From contig OZ249440.1 in the NCBI GenBank assembly GCA_965235115.1, positions 13,454,001-13,518,000 of the forward strand: a stretch of DNA of 64,000 bases. The letters run 5' to 3'. How positions within the stretch are numbered: the first letter of the stretch is position 1; each line of letters opens with the position of its first letter. The DNA is from Laetmonice hystrix. Lineage: Eukaryota. Position numbers and translations under genes: made by a program. Under the pieces are notes generated by a model. It worked only from the letters and a program-made list of their open reading frames with translations, searched no databases and was not told the DNA's origin. Positions 41,101-54,938 of the stretch are shown here, one piece after another.

Positions 41101-44100
41101 TTATGTATTGAATTATTTATTGCAGAATTATTTCTATATCTATTTCTATATTTATTTCTATATTTATTTCTATATTTATTTCTATATAATATTTATATAT
41201 TTCTTTCTTTCTTTATTTATTTTATTTCATATATTTTGGTTGTGTCCATGTCCATCCCCCGGTATCCGGTATGAAGTCCGTTATTATCGCGGGCTGTGGC
41301 CCGAGGCTCGTCTGCATTGTTATTCTATATTTATTTATTTTATTTCAAATATTTTGTGTGGTGGCGTTGGTTGTGTCCATGTCCATGCCCCGTATCCGTT
41401 ATTATTGCAGTCTGTGGCCCGAGGCTCGTCTACATTGTTATTCTATATTTATTTATTTATTTTATTTCATATATTTTGTGTGGTGGCGTTGGTTGTGTCC
41501 ATGTCCATCCCCCGTATCCGGTATGAAGTCCGTTATTATCGCAGTCTGTGGCCTGAGGCTCGTCTACAGTGTTATTCTATATTTATTTATTTATTTATTT
41601 TATTTCATATATTTTGTATGGTGGCGTTGGTTGTGTCCATGTCCATCCCCGGTATCCGGTATGAAGTCCGTTATTATCGCAGTCTGTGGCCTGAGGCTCG
41701 TCTACAGTGTTATTCTATATTTATTTATTTATTTTATTTCATATATTTTGTGTAGTGGCGTTGGTTGTGTCCATGTCCATGCCCCGTATCCGGTATGAAG
41801 TCTGTTATTATCGCAGTCTATGGCCCGAGGCTCGTCTACATTGTTATTCTATATTTTATTTATTTTATTTCATATATATTTTGTGTGGTGGCGTTGGTTG
41901 TGTCCATGCCCATGTCCATGCCCGGTATCCGTATGAAGTCCGTTATTATCGCAGTCTGTGGCCCGAGGCTCGTCTACATTGTTATTGACATTCTCATTAT
42001 ACAACGCCAACTTCATAAAAATTACATGGCGTGCTGCAAATATGTGTCATGTTGTTTTCACCGTTACTGGACAGAATGGAAATGACATGTTGATTTGGCC
42101 ACAATTTCCGGCGTCCCAGCCTAAGTAGGCCCCTATCCCCAAGAGGGTCATTTCATTCACTAGGGGTTATTAAATTGAGGCAGCAGCGGCAGTGGGTGGT
42201 TGATTATTACCCCCTGCCCGGGTACATTTGATATATTTGCAAGCAGTGTGATCAAACATTTCCACCGTGAAAAATTTAGTGAATCCCTTTTATTTATCTT
42301 TTACAGGTAAGTGTTGACTGGCCGTTTGTCATGGCGACGTATCCCGGGAAATGACACTAGGTTACAAAAACTAATTCACAAAGAGTGGTGAGTTCTAAGA
42401 ACAATGGTTGCCATCCTCTCAGGTACGTATTGTTTGTTTGTTCCCAGTGATGGCCGGCCGGGCCAGGATGTGGTAATTGTTGTCCAGGGTTCCACTCAGT
42501 GTAAGCATGTGTTTTTACAGTGACAGCTCTGATGTGCTGATTGTAGACGGTGACAGGTCACATTGAATCTATGTTTTCTGTTGATCGAGGTAAAACACCA
42601 GTAAACCATGGATGTCGTTTTCCACTTGGCCGATTGAGTTTGCTTTATGATGTATGATATTATAGAACTTGATACAAGGCAATAGAGTGATATGTTAGAT
42701 AGTAGAACGGTAACTTGATACTAGTCAATGGAGCGTGGACTCTGATGTTTGATAGTGGATATACTTGATACCAGGTAGTGGAGTTTGATGTACGGGTCTA
42801 CAAATTCCTGCTATCCTTTAGCCGATTGTTCCATCTTTTCTTTTCTTTTCAAAGACCAATTGATGCCTTGAGAGCGAACCTCAATCGGGCTGAATATGGT
42901 TTCTCCCCCCCCCCCAATAATTTTACGATTTGTTATTATATAAAGGCATTTTGTACTCATTTTGTACGTTTTGCAAAGACTTTGCACTTTCTGGCATTAT
43001 GTAGACATCCGGAGCCTGGTGGTGAAGCGTGTCACATCAATCAACAATGAATTCTGATCCGTCACATGAAACGTGAATTCTGATCCGTCACATGAAACGT
43101 GAACTTCTCATCCGTCACATCAAACGTGAATTCTGATCTGTCACATCAAACGTGAATTCTGATCCGTCACATTAGTCGTGAAGTAATTCGGTCAGTCCGG
43201 AGTGGCGGGAGTTTCTGTCGCCGCTGACCTTCAGTCGTACTTTCATACACGTTTTTCAAAGGGATCCAGGCTTTCTGAAGGTGGACCAGGTCGATATGTA
43301 ATTGTGCATCCACTCCAGGCCCTCTGTCTGATCAGTTAGGTCTATACCAAATGTGTTCGTGAATTCAAGGCCACCGTAACACGCTCTTTCCTGAGGGTTT
43401 CTCAGAACCCCCTTGCGCGCTCTGAGAGGGGTGTGATCGGGCGTGCAATACGTCTGGAGGGTTTTTCTCCCAGTCGCTTACTCCCCAATACGTCACCGGG
43501 GTTGGAGATCCGTATCGTAGTTCATGTTTTGTCCGATTGAGGGCGTGACGTGTAGAGCTGCACATACCAGTATGTTTTATACAACCGGAAAGCCAGACGT
43601 TAGTTATGGATTATCTGGATGTTTTACTCGGGTCGGTTAGGTTTTGGCTTGGATGGATTTTTTCGATAACAGTACAACACTGTAGGTCTAACACAAACAT
43701 GGATCGCTTTCAGCAGGTTGTCAGGAAACCGTACTGGTCGCTGGCATACGCTGGACTTATATTCAGTCGTTCAGGGCAGTGCGAAACAGACGCCAACTGA
43801 CTGGCTGAAGCCAGTGGCGGTCAAACTGGTGGGTGACGGGATGGGAATGGGCGCCACTGCTCTGGTCATCCGGTGGTCAGCTATATATCATCTTGTCGGT
43901 CAACAAATTGCTCGGTCCCTCATAGAGTCAGCTGGACAAAGAGCCGACTTCCGGCTCGGGCTTCCGGAATACTGACGTTACGACAGGCACAACGTCACCC
44001 CGTCAGGTGTCGCTTTGGTGACGTCACTGGGAGGGGATTGGTCAGTGCTAGTTAGGTAGCTGACGGGACACTGGTCAGTGACAAATGGCATGCAGCAAGT

Positions 44101-47100
44101 AGCTGACAACTTTTGGGCAAACTAGCGGGGGAGTCGAGTCGAGAGGCAAGAAACCCTGTGTTACCAGCCAGGGGCATAGATCACCGAGTCACAGTGGCCC
44201 TCCCAGTATCATTCAGAATGGCTCTGAATCTGCCCATTCCCTTTATTCTGAAGTGAATGATTCAACAGTGTTGAATATTGTATTTCCAAAAGATGGGTAC
44301 AGAGAATATGTCCGTGGAGGGGTGTTCAGTGTAGCTGAAAAGTTGCTCAAATCACATATTGGAGAATACATGTGTGTTCAATTTCTTTCCACGCAAGCAA
44401 GACTGATGAAGTAATCAGCAAACCTTTCCGTAGGCCGACACAATCACCAAGACTGATGAAGTAATCAGCAAACCTTTCCGTAGGCCGACACAATCACCAA
44501 GACTGATGGAGTGATCAACAAACCTTTCCGTAGGCCGACACAATCACCAAGACTGATGAAGTGGTCAGCAAACCTTTCCGTAGGCCTACACAATCACCAA
44601 GACTGATGAAGTGATCAGCAAACCTTTCTGTAGGCCGACACAATCACCAAGACTGATGAAGTGATCAGCAAACCTTTCCGTAGGCCGACACAATCACCAA
44701 GACTGATGAAGTGGTCAGCAAACCTTTCCGTAGGCCGACACAATCACCAAGACTGATAAAGTGATCAACAAACCTTTCCGTAGGCCGACACAATCACCAA
44801 GACTGATAAAGTGATCAACAAACCTTTCCGTAGGCCGACACAATCACCCATTTACCTAATTGGAGTCACGCCCTGATGAATGTTTTTGGAGACGCATTTC
44901 GATGATTTCGCCTCACGACAGCGTTCTTTTTAACGATATTAAAATATCTCGTTTTTATATCGATAGAATACCTCCATTGGATTAGATTGCAGAGCGTTTC
45001 CTCTCCCTATTCAATAACATGTAATAAATCCATCGACATAATGGATTGCATCTTTTACCTAATTACACCTCGAGGTGAATGGAAGTCTGTCCTAGTTATC
45101 AGGATGATAAGTCCGACCCACAGAGCCAGTCACATGACCTGGCGTTCCGTCGCCCAGGTAACAATGTATTTACTTGTCCATGACACCTGGATGGAGTAGG
45201 ACGCTTGGAACAGGTAAAACTCTGGCGGCAAAACAAGGAGGTCATGCAAACATGTCATCACTTCTACCCCTCCCCCCACCCCCGGTGGGGTGGGCAGCTG
45301 GAGGGTAAATGTGCTGAGCTAGGTTTTAAAATGAGTCATCCAGTTCTGCTGGGGTGACTACGGGACGGGACTGGGCAAGGTGGGGTGGGCAGCTGGAGGG
45401 TAAATGTACTGAGCTAGGTTTAATGAGTCATCCAGTTCTGCTGGGGTGACTACGGGACTGGGTAAGGTGGGGTGGGGAGCTGGACTGGAGGGTAAATGTA
45501 CTGAGCTAGGTTTAATGAGTCATCCAGTTCGGCTGGGGTGACTACGGGACTGGGCAAGGTGGGGTGGGGAGCTGGACTGGAGGGTAAATGTACTGAGCTA
45601 GGTTTAATGAGTCATCCAGTTCGGCTGAGGTGACTACGGGACTGGGCAAGGTGGGGTGGGGAGCTGGACTGGAGGGTAAATGTACTGAGCTAGGTTTAAT
45701 GAGTCATCCAGTTCGGCTGAGGTGACTACGGGACTGGGTAAGGTGGGTGGGGAGCTGGAGGGTAAATGTACTGAGCTAGGTTTAATGAGTCATCCAGTTC
45801 GGCTGGGGTGACTACGGGACTGGGTAAGGTGGGTGAGGAGCTGGAGGGTAAGTGTGCTGAGCTAGGTTTAATGAGTCATCCAGTTCGGCTGGGGTGACTC
45901 CGGGACTGGGTAAGGTGGGGTGGGCAGCTGGAGGGTAAATATGCTGAGCTAGGTTTTAAAATGAGTCATCCAGTTCGGTTGGGGTGACTACGGACTGGGT
46001 AAGGTTAGAAGTGGGTGTCATACTGATCTGTGAACACTGTAGCACAGTGATGATAAAATCTTGAGGCTTGTGAAAGGACAGTTGTGTGACAGTCGTCTTC
46101 ACAGGCATTACAAAACTTGTTTTATCTGTGACGTGCCTGACCGATCGGATTATCGACTGGTGGCGTGGAGATCGGCCGTCACCCCAGCTGGTGGTGGGAG
46201 GGTGACGACGGCCGTCACCCCAGCTGGTGGTGGGAGGGTGACGACGGCCGTCACCCCAGCTGGTGGTGGGAGGGTGACGACGGCCGTCACCCCAGCTGGT
46301 GGTGGGAGGGTGACGACGGTCGTCACCCCAGCTGGTGGTGGGAGGGTGACGACGGCCGTCACCCCAGCTGGTGGTGGGAGGGTGACGACGGCCGTCACCC
46401 CAGCTGGTGGTGGGAGGGTGACGACGGCCGTCACCCCAGCTGGTGGTGGGAGGGTGACGACGGCCGTCACCCCAGCTGGTGGTGGGAGGGTGACGACGGC
46501 CGTCACCCCAGCTGGTGGTGGGAGGGTGACGACGGCCGTCACCCCAGCTGGTGGTGGGAGGGTGACGACGGTCGTCACCCCAGCTGGTGGTGGGAGGGTG
46601 ACGACGGCCGTCACCCCAGCTGGTGGTGGGAGGGTGACGACGGCCGTCACCCCAGCTGGTGGTGGGAGGGTGACGACGGCCGTCACCCCAGCTGGTGGTG
46701 GGAGGGTGACGACGGGCTTCACCCCAGCTGGTGGCGGGAGGGTGACGACGGCCATCACCCCAGCTGGTGGTGGAAGGGTGACGACGGCCGTCACCCCAGC
46801 TGGTGGTGGGAGGGTGACGACGGCCGTCACCCCAGCTGGTGGTGGGAGGGTGACGACGGCCGTCACCCCAGCTGGTGGTGGTGGTGGGGGGGGGGTGACG
46901 ACGGTCGTCACCCCAGCTGGTGGTGGGAGGGTGACGACGGCCATCACCCCAGCTGGTGGTGGAAGGGTGACGACGGCCGTCACCCCAGCTGGTGGTGGAA
47001 GGGTGACGACGGCCGTCACCCCAGCTGGTGGCGGGAGGGTGACGACGGCCGTCACCCCAGCTGGTGGTGGAAGGGTGACGACGGCCGTCACCCCAGCTGG

Positions 47101-50100
47101 TGGCGGGAGGGTGACGACGGCCGTCACCCCAGCTGGTGGCGGGAGGGTGACGACGGCCGTCACCCCAGCTGGTGGCGGGAGGGTGACGACGGCCGTCACC
47201 CCAGCTGGTGGTGGAAGGGTGACGACGGCCGTCACCCCAGCTGGTGGTGGGAGGGTGACGACGGCCGTCACCCCAGCTGGTGGTGGGAGGGTGACGACGG
47301 CCGTCACCCCAGCTGGGGGTGGGAGGGTGACGACAGACGGCCAGCTTATCGTGGGAGTTTTGGTAGGCTCTGACTGCGGCCACCTGTAACCCTCACAGAC
47401 GGCCGACCTCGAGTCGATCGATGGGGACCAGCCCAAGGTCGTTCAAATAAAGCTCTCATCCTTCATCGTACCTATACGCAGAGCTGTCACGACATCAACT
47501 CATCTATGTTTGCTCGACCGAGGTGACGCATTGCTGGAGTTAATTGTCACTCAAACGTGAACGAGTAACTCTACATTTTGTTATTTTTATTAATATTTGA
47601 ATGGAAGTGCTCCACCAGTGAAAACACCCTCCAAATGTCCCCCGTAGATCTCTCTCATCAATGAGACTGGATTGTTGTAGTTGTTTTACCCGCAGTGTTA
47701 ACTCTTTGTTGTGTTCCCTCTCTCCTCCCCCCCCCCCCAGGACTTGACCTAAAAACGTTGCCTTGGCTACTACTAATTGGTCTCTGAGCCTGGCTCCATT
47801 CGTTCGTACCCTCAGCCCCCCCCCCCCCCCGCCTCCCTTTTAGCCGGCCGAGTCATGCCCAAAGTACTTTGGTGCTTACCTTAATTGGCCTGCACGAGTT
47901 TCTCGCCAGTTCTCTGTTACCAATCCAACCACTTCACTTACTTACACTGTATGCTGCAAGCTCTCACGGGAAAACAGGAGATCAGTGCCCACCGCCGTGG
48001 GTTCAAATAGAGCACGTCTTTGGTGGAGGGAGGAAATTGTTTGCGATACGTTGTTCTATAGGGATTCGAAATGTTATCCTGTTTGTTCTCCTTGTAGGCG
48101 GGTTGGTTTTATTGTAGGTCTGTACTTGGCAATTGTCCAGCTTCCACTTGTCAGCATCGTTGGCGTCGAGCATTGTTGTTTTCATTTTGAAAGATCTTGC
48201 TTTGAAATAGTAACAATACTGGCCGCTTGACTCAAATTTTCATCCAAAAAGTAACATTTCGTCAATTAAAACTAACAGGAAATATTGAAATGTTCGTAGT
48301 TTGGTAAGTTATTGTGCAAAAGAGTGTAACAGCTCGGTAGAGGGGCCCATTTTCCGTACTGAAATATATAACCGTTGGTCCGTTTTCAATGGGGGTCCAT
48401 TTGCAGTCCCGCACCGGCCGACACTCCTGGAGTAGTTTATGGAAATGGGAATGAGAATCGGGCGACAAGGGCGGATGAATTAGATATGTGGCACTGCGCG
48501 GAGTACTTAATGAGCGTCTGTAAAGTGGTGCTCCTCTGCTCGCGTGAAGATTTTGTTTGTCATACCAAACCAGGCTGCTCAGAAGAGATTAACTGTATGT
48601 GTGCCCATGTATGCTGATGACTTTGAATATTGCGTGAGTTAGCCTAATACACTTTGTGGTTTCGCAGTGGTTTCTAACCTCAGGGCATCCGTCCTTATTT
48701 GGATGATAGCTATGCGGATCATTTACCTCCCAAGTCTCTGATCTAGAGTACTTGTGAACAAACAGGACAGTGTAAATGGTGTCTGGCTAAATATTTTATT
48801 TCTACCTATGGAAACTGAAGAAGAAACAAACCGATATGTCTTGTTGCGTCTGCAGTAGACAATAGAATAATTGTATTGGACGGTATTCCGGGTCTTTCTG
48901 TAGATGTGTGTCCTCATATGACCCTGCCAAGGATGCCATATCCAGCGGAGAAGCACCATCTGTGGCCTTCTCACCCTCACTGAGCTGATATTGAAGAACA
49001 GCAAGAGCTGTGTAAATAGTTTCCCGGTCCCAGTATTGATTTCTGGCCCGGGGGACCGGACGGGGGCGGGCAGGGCCCAGCTGGTGGAAAGCCTTCGGTC
49101 GGCCACCCTCGCAATGTTTACATAACCTGGACTTGAAACGGTCAGAGTCCTCCTACCCGAGCGGGACAGTAGATGGTCAGGGTCCTCCTATCCAAGCGGG
49201 ACAGCAAATGGTCAGAGTCCTCCTGCCTGAGCGGGACAGTAGATGGTCAGGGTCCTCCTATCCAAGCGGGACAGTAAAGGATCAGGGTCCTCCTACCCGA
49301 GCGGGACAGTAAAGGATCAGGGTCCTCCTAGCCCCTACCCGAGCGGGACAGTAAATGGTCAGGGTCCTCCTAGCCAAGCGGGACAGTAAAGGATCAGGGT
49401 CCTCCTACCCGAGCGGGACAGTAAAGGATCAGGGTCCTCCTACCCGAGCGGGACAGTAAAGGATCAGGGTCCTCCTACCCGAGCGGGACAGCAAATGGTC
49501 AGGGTCCTCCTATCTGAGCGGGACAGTAAAGGGCCCGAGCAGGACAGCAAATGGTCATTGTCCTCCTACCCGAGCGGGACAGTAAGGATCAAGGTTCTAG
49601 CCGAGCAGGTAAATGACCAGGGGTTTCCTACCCAAGCGGGAGAGTGAAGGGCCAGCTTCCGTGCATAGTTGCAGCCCACAGTGGACAAAAATCAGGAACA
49701 TACGATGCTCAACACTCAAATATAGACGCCCATTTAGACATTTAATGTCTTTAGACATTTTATGTCTATATTAAATCAACCAACCAAATCAGCTAGAGAG
49801 GGCCGATTTATTAGAACTGATGTCAATCCATATTTTTATATTCCTGGTTTTTGCCCATTCCGGCCAGCTACACGTACATTGGTCATCCCACCAGACCAAT
49901 GGTTCTGGCCCTCAGAGTGGTCCATAGAACATACTGAGTCTGACAGAATCAGATGGTTTAGGTATTCAGACTGGTGACGTCAGAATATTGTTCCCGTAGA
50001 TTCTGCCTTTACCGTCGATTGGAAACTGTTATACCTATGCCGTCACTGAGTGAGCGTGTGTCGGTGAATGGGAGGTTTTACGCCCTGTCGACAACTGTTG

Positions 50101-53100
50101 GCCGTCGCCACAACGAGAACAAGTGTTTTTCATTTATTCAGTCCACTTGGATGACCCATCTAGACGCACCTTGGCTTTCTTTGGTCACACAATTGTTGTG
50201 TACGTATGGTGATGAAAATCTTTGGAGACAGGCCAGTCGTAGTTCATTAACTGGGCTCAGTGACACGAGTGTAGTGGTGAGACCTAACTGCCTCCCGCGC
50301 AGGTCACGTGGGGTCGCCCACAGCTGGCCAGATCTACCTCTTGACGCCCAACGCCCTCTGCAGGGACACACGTGAACCAGCGTCTGAGGACACGATCAGG
50401 TCGACGACATCCGAGACGCGACGAGACTGGGAGCGAGATTTCCCCAGTGGGCAGTCTGAGAGGGTCGCAGTGCCGTTTAGCGGTTACTACCAGAATCAGA
50501 TCTGGGGCGGGATAGGCAGAAGTAGCAATTAACTAGTCTTAGAATCAGTGCACCAGCATACGCCTCTCTCGACGTCTTTCCTGGAAAGATTTCGCTGCTG
50601 ATAGACTCCCTGGAGTGATCAGACTATAGCCTTGAGAGGATTGGACACTAAGGGAATTGTGGGCAATATTTCATTTCTCATTTGTCTACTCTCGTGGTAG
50701 AGGATAAAGTATTTATATATTGTTTTATTTATTTATCATTATGACGTGAATGTAAGGGTAGTCGGGAGAAGATACGGTACGTCATGCAACAGACAGCAAG
50801 TAGAAAGGGACGTCATTAAGCAGATACCCTATACCTAGGTCTAAAAGTAATTATGACAAAAAACAGCGACGTTCATACGGGAAAAGAAAGCAATGAGATT
50901 TTTTGACCATATATGGGGATGTTGACATTAGACCGAACATCTGGTTGTCAGTTGTGATCAGAACGGGGTGTTGTGTCAAATCCTCCATGGACCGGGCAAA
51001 CAGAACATCGGGATCGATTCAGGCATAATATTATCATTTATTTGCTGGACTGCTGTGAGACTGTACTTTAGACGGAGACATTTGGAGACCTGATTACTGA
51101 CAGGTATTGTTTATCCCCTGTATAAGTAATGTTTACTGCCGTAGTTTTGGTGTAAGGATAGAATTGATTACTGACAGGTATTGTTTATCCCTGTATAAGT
51201 AATGTTTACTGCCGTAGTTTGTTGATTACTGACAGGTGTTGTTTATCCCCTGTATAAGTAATGTTTACTGCCGTAGTTTTGGTGTAAGGATAGAATTGAT
51301 TACTGACAGGTATTGTTTATCCCCTGTATAAGTGATGTTTACTGCCGTAGTTTTGGTGTAAGGATAGAGTTGATTACTGACAGGTATTGTTTATCCCCTG
51401 TATAAGTAATGTTTACTGCCGTAGTTTTGGTGTAAGGATTGAGTGAATACCAGGTAGGAGAGGATTGGAAGAGGTGTAGGGTAGAAAGACCGGTAAACTG
51501 TGACAAATCCACGATAATTATGTGGAAATCAGGATATTTTACTGTGGTATAAGCCAGGATATTTTACGAAAAACAGTTTTCCAAGAAGACGCAGGTTCAA
51601 TTGTTAGTCGACTGTCCCATAATGACATGGCGACACTGTCTGGGAGTCAGTTATTCCAGAATTACCTGCCCAGGAAGAGTTTGTGTCACTTTTTTCAGGC
51701 CGCGTGTAGAGGAAGATAAGTCAGTTGATGAAGGGTTCCAGCTACCTGCAGTCGTCTCCGGCTCAAGTATTTGGTACAAAGGTTGTCTCCAGTGAAGTGA
51801 TAACGGTTTTGAGGAGTGGTGACGAGTGTGTGGAAACACACCTCTAGTTTTAAAAAGTTCCCCGTTCACAAATGTCAGTCCTTGCAAGCGGGCGAGAATG
51901 GTGTAACGGTGTAAGCCTTGCTCTGTGTCGCTGAGAGCTGCATAACGGCTGACTCAGCACTCTGTGCCGTCACACCGCCTCCCTGCCCAGCCTGCCAGCC
52001 TCAGATACGGCCACGGCAGCGTGGACCTACGCTAACTCCTGGCTGCACCATTATAATTGGAGAGGGAGAGGCTTGTGGGAAACGGAGACAAAAAATTGTT
52101 TGTACCATTATTAAACCCGGCTTTTTGATCGCTCTGAACCGTCGGCTGAAGAGTCCTGAAACTGGGTTAGTTCAAATAGTTTTTTTAACACTGAGGTCAA
52201 ATGGAGCTGAGCTGAGAATACTGTGTTAACCCTTTGAAGTCTAATGTTAGGTGGGATTAGAGCACGTAGAACTGGCAGGTTTCTTTGTAACAGTGGTAGT
52301 GCCCGGCGTGAGCCCCAGGCAGGCGAGGGTTGTTGTCCAGGGTTCCAGGGGGAATCGGCCTATTGCGGCAGGTAACCATCACCCACAAATATTATAAAGG
52401 CTTTTATTTGTGGCAGTGTTGATGGAGCGGTTAAGCGTATTTCAAATGTGCTCCGTAATTTCGAGGACAAGGTTTTGGCTGTGCAGTCCTTTGTTAACCC
52501 CCAACCCCCAACCCGAAGGGTGTATGGGGCTTCTAATTTGATTTCCGTTCGTACGTCCGTACGTCCATAGACAGCGATTTCACAGAAGTATATGGGAAAA
52601 ATTGTATAAAACTTTACACAATGATCTGGAATGGTCTGAGGATAATGCACGTCAAATAGATCTCGGATATCATTCAAAATGGCCGCTTGACAGCCATCTT
52701 GGATGTAAACACATTTGGAACAATAACTCAGACAAAACGGTCCCGGTTTCTTTCAAATTTGGTGCTAGGAAGAAACATATGAGTGGCATTGTATATGGCA
52801 ATTTATGTGTTGTCTAGATATGGCGAGATGTCGGCCATACTTGTTTTTTGACCCTCATAATAACACTATTTTGGCTCATATCTTGAAAACGGTGCACGAT
52901 AATGTAGATATTAGTACTATTTTCAACAGATATAAAGTGATAACCTTTGGTTTGACACCAATGTCTGTGACGTAGCATGACGTAAAATGGTTATATGGCA
53001 TCATCAACAGATCTATATGGCTATATGGCCTCCGGTAGTCGCCCGGCTCATGTCAATTGTTCATGTCTACAACTGTTAACGGCTGATTTTTGTTCAAATA

Positions 53101-54907
53101 AAAAAAAAATAAATAAAAAAAAAAAATATCTTGAAAAAAATGGAAGAAAAGGCTATAGTTACTATTAAGCATGTATAGGAAGTCATATGCCCTTTCGTTT
53201 CGCACCATGGACGATGACGTATCGGGACGTACTGTTCGACCTTTCCTGACCTTAAAAGGTCAATCGGTCGTGCACATTTTCAGTGGCTTGTACCTTCAAA
53301 ACTATAACCCCGTAACTACTTTTTGTGATGGATAGAAAGCCATATGTTGTTTCATTTGGAATTATTTCTTCAACCTTGAGTCACCTCCCAATACATATAG
53401 CGACAATCATATCATATTATGTTTAAGACGAATTCAGGTCTTGTTGGGGGATAGAGGGGCGGTGTATAGTAATGGATACGCGTTAGGGTTGTACGCCTTT
53501 AACAAATCTAGAGGATCAATTTCCGATGTGGAAGAAACCGAAGTACCTAGAGGACCCCACCGACGTTACAACAAGTAACTGATAACCTGATAATACATTT
53601 ATACATGAGGATCTATAGGGATGATTATAATGATCATATGGGTGGACAGAGGGGAGGATATGAATGATCCAGGGGCCATAATGTACCAAGATGCGCCAGG
53701 GCTATCAGAACGAGGGGCATGAGGCTACGAAGGGTCAATTTATGAGAAATTCATGGGTCATGTTCATGAAGGTTACAAGGGCCATGTATAGTGATCGCTA
53801 TGGTGATATTGGTCAGCTGCTGTGTGGTGAGATAGCCTGTCACTGTATGTTGCCGTTGTTATTGGTAATTTGGCCAGGGCGCCGACTGAAATATTCCCAC
53901 TACTATCTGAGGTGAACGTCGGCCCGGTCAAGAATGGCCGACATAATAATGTTATTGGTGTAATAACATGTACGCTCATATCTTTGTCGTCGTTTTGTGT
54001 GTGTGTGTATGTGTAAACTATCAGCATTTCCATCTGAAAGGACTGGCTATACAGTTCAACCTATTGAACATAATAGTTATAAATGAAGCTTAAATGAAGA
54101 TTTAAATTACGGTTGAAATAATGGATCTAGATCCTATAGATTATATGGAGTGTTAGAGGAATCCTGAAAATAGTTCCATCAATTAAGAACGACAACGACT
54201 CGCGATAGTTGGCCTCATATTTGTCGATATGATAGCTTATAGAATTGGTCGTTGAGAAGTCGCGTAACTTAGAAAAAATATCTTACCACTTGTAGCAAAA
54301 CTCAGGGTGAATTGACGAAGGTAAACAAACCGTTGTTGAAAGTGATAATCACGTAAACATTGTGGTCAACTCGGACCGTGCGGGATGTGGTCAGATCACA
54401 GATTAGCATACACAAACAGATTGGAAACGAGATAGGCCGATTTGAAACTTCCGGTTTGCGCCCGTGACCACTAGTGACACCTGGCGAATGGTGAGATAAA
54501 CTACAATGCGCCTATGACAAGTTATGCATGAGCCCGGCTGGAAACGTCCTCAGTCCCATTTTGGACATAGGTTGGTAGCCTACCGGGAAAATATGGCTTC
54601 CCTAGGCATCCGAGTACCGTATTTTTTTACGCCTGCCACCAAATGCAGGTCATTTGTCAGATATGTTGTCCTAAACCTGTCACGCCATGCTTTTCCTATG
54701 GAGGGCGTTTAGTTTATCTCCTCCGACGCATGGTGTCGCCACTGACAAATCACTGAATTGTGACGCCATCTTTGTTTCACGTCATGACTATGGCCGTTTC
54801 CAATCTGTTTGTGTATGGTAATCTGTGGTCAGATGTCATTGTCAGTGAGGTCTGTGAGGTTACTGACCATATGGTCATCATTCATAAATAGAACGGTGCA
54901 GATGTAT

Positions 54908-54938
<31 letters not shown>

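Noticed and set aside
44401-44850. Hammerhead ribozyme array (CTGATGA in each 50-bp unit)
   Set aside because: The required GAAA after stem II is absent (GCAAA), and stems I and III could not be built. Other CTGATGA hits (30850, 44873) also lack it.
45956-47436. Four 400-475 aa ORFs as mucin or structural proteins
   Set aside because: They overlap on both strands of a stop-free 36-bp array, so open frames are expected from the unit sequence alone.
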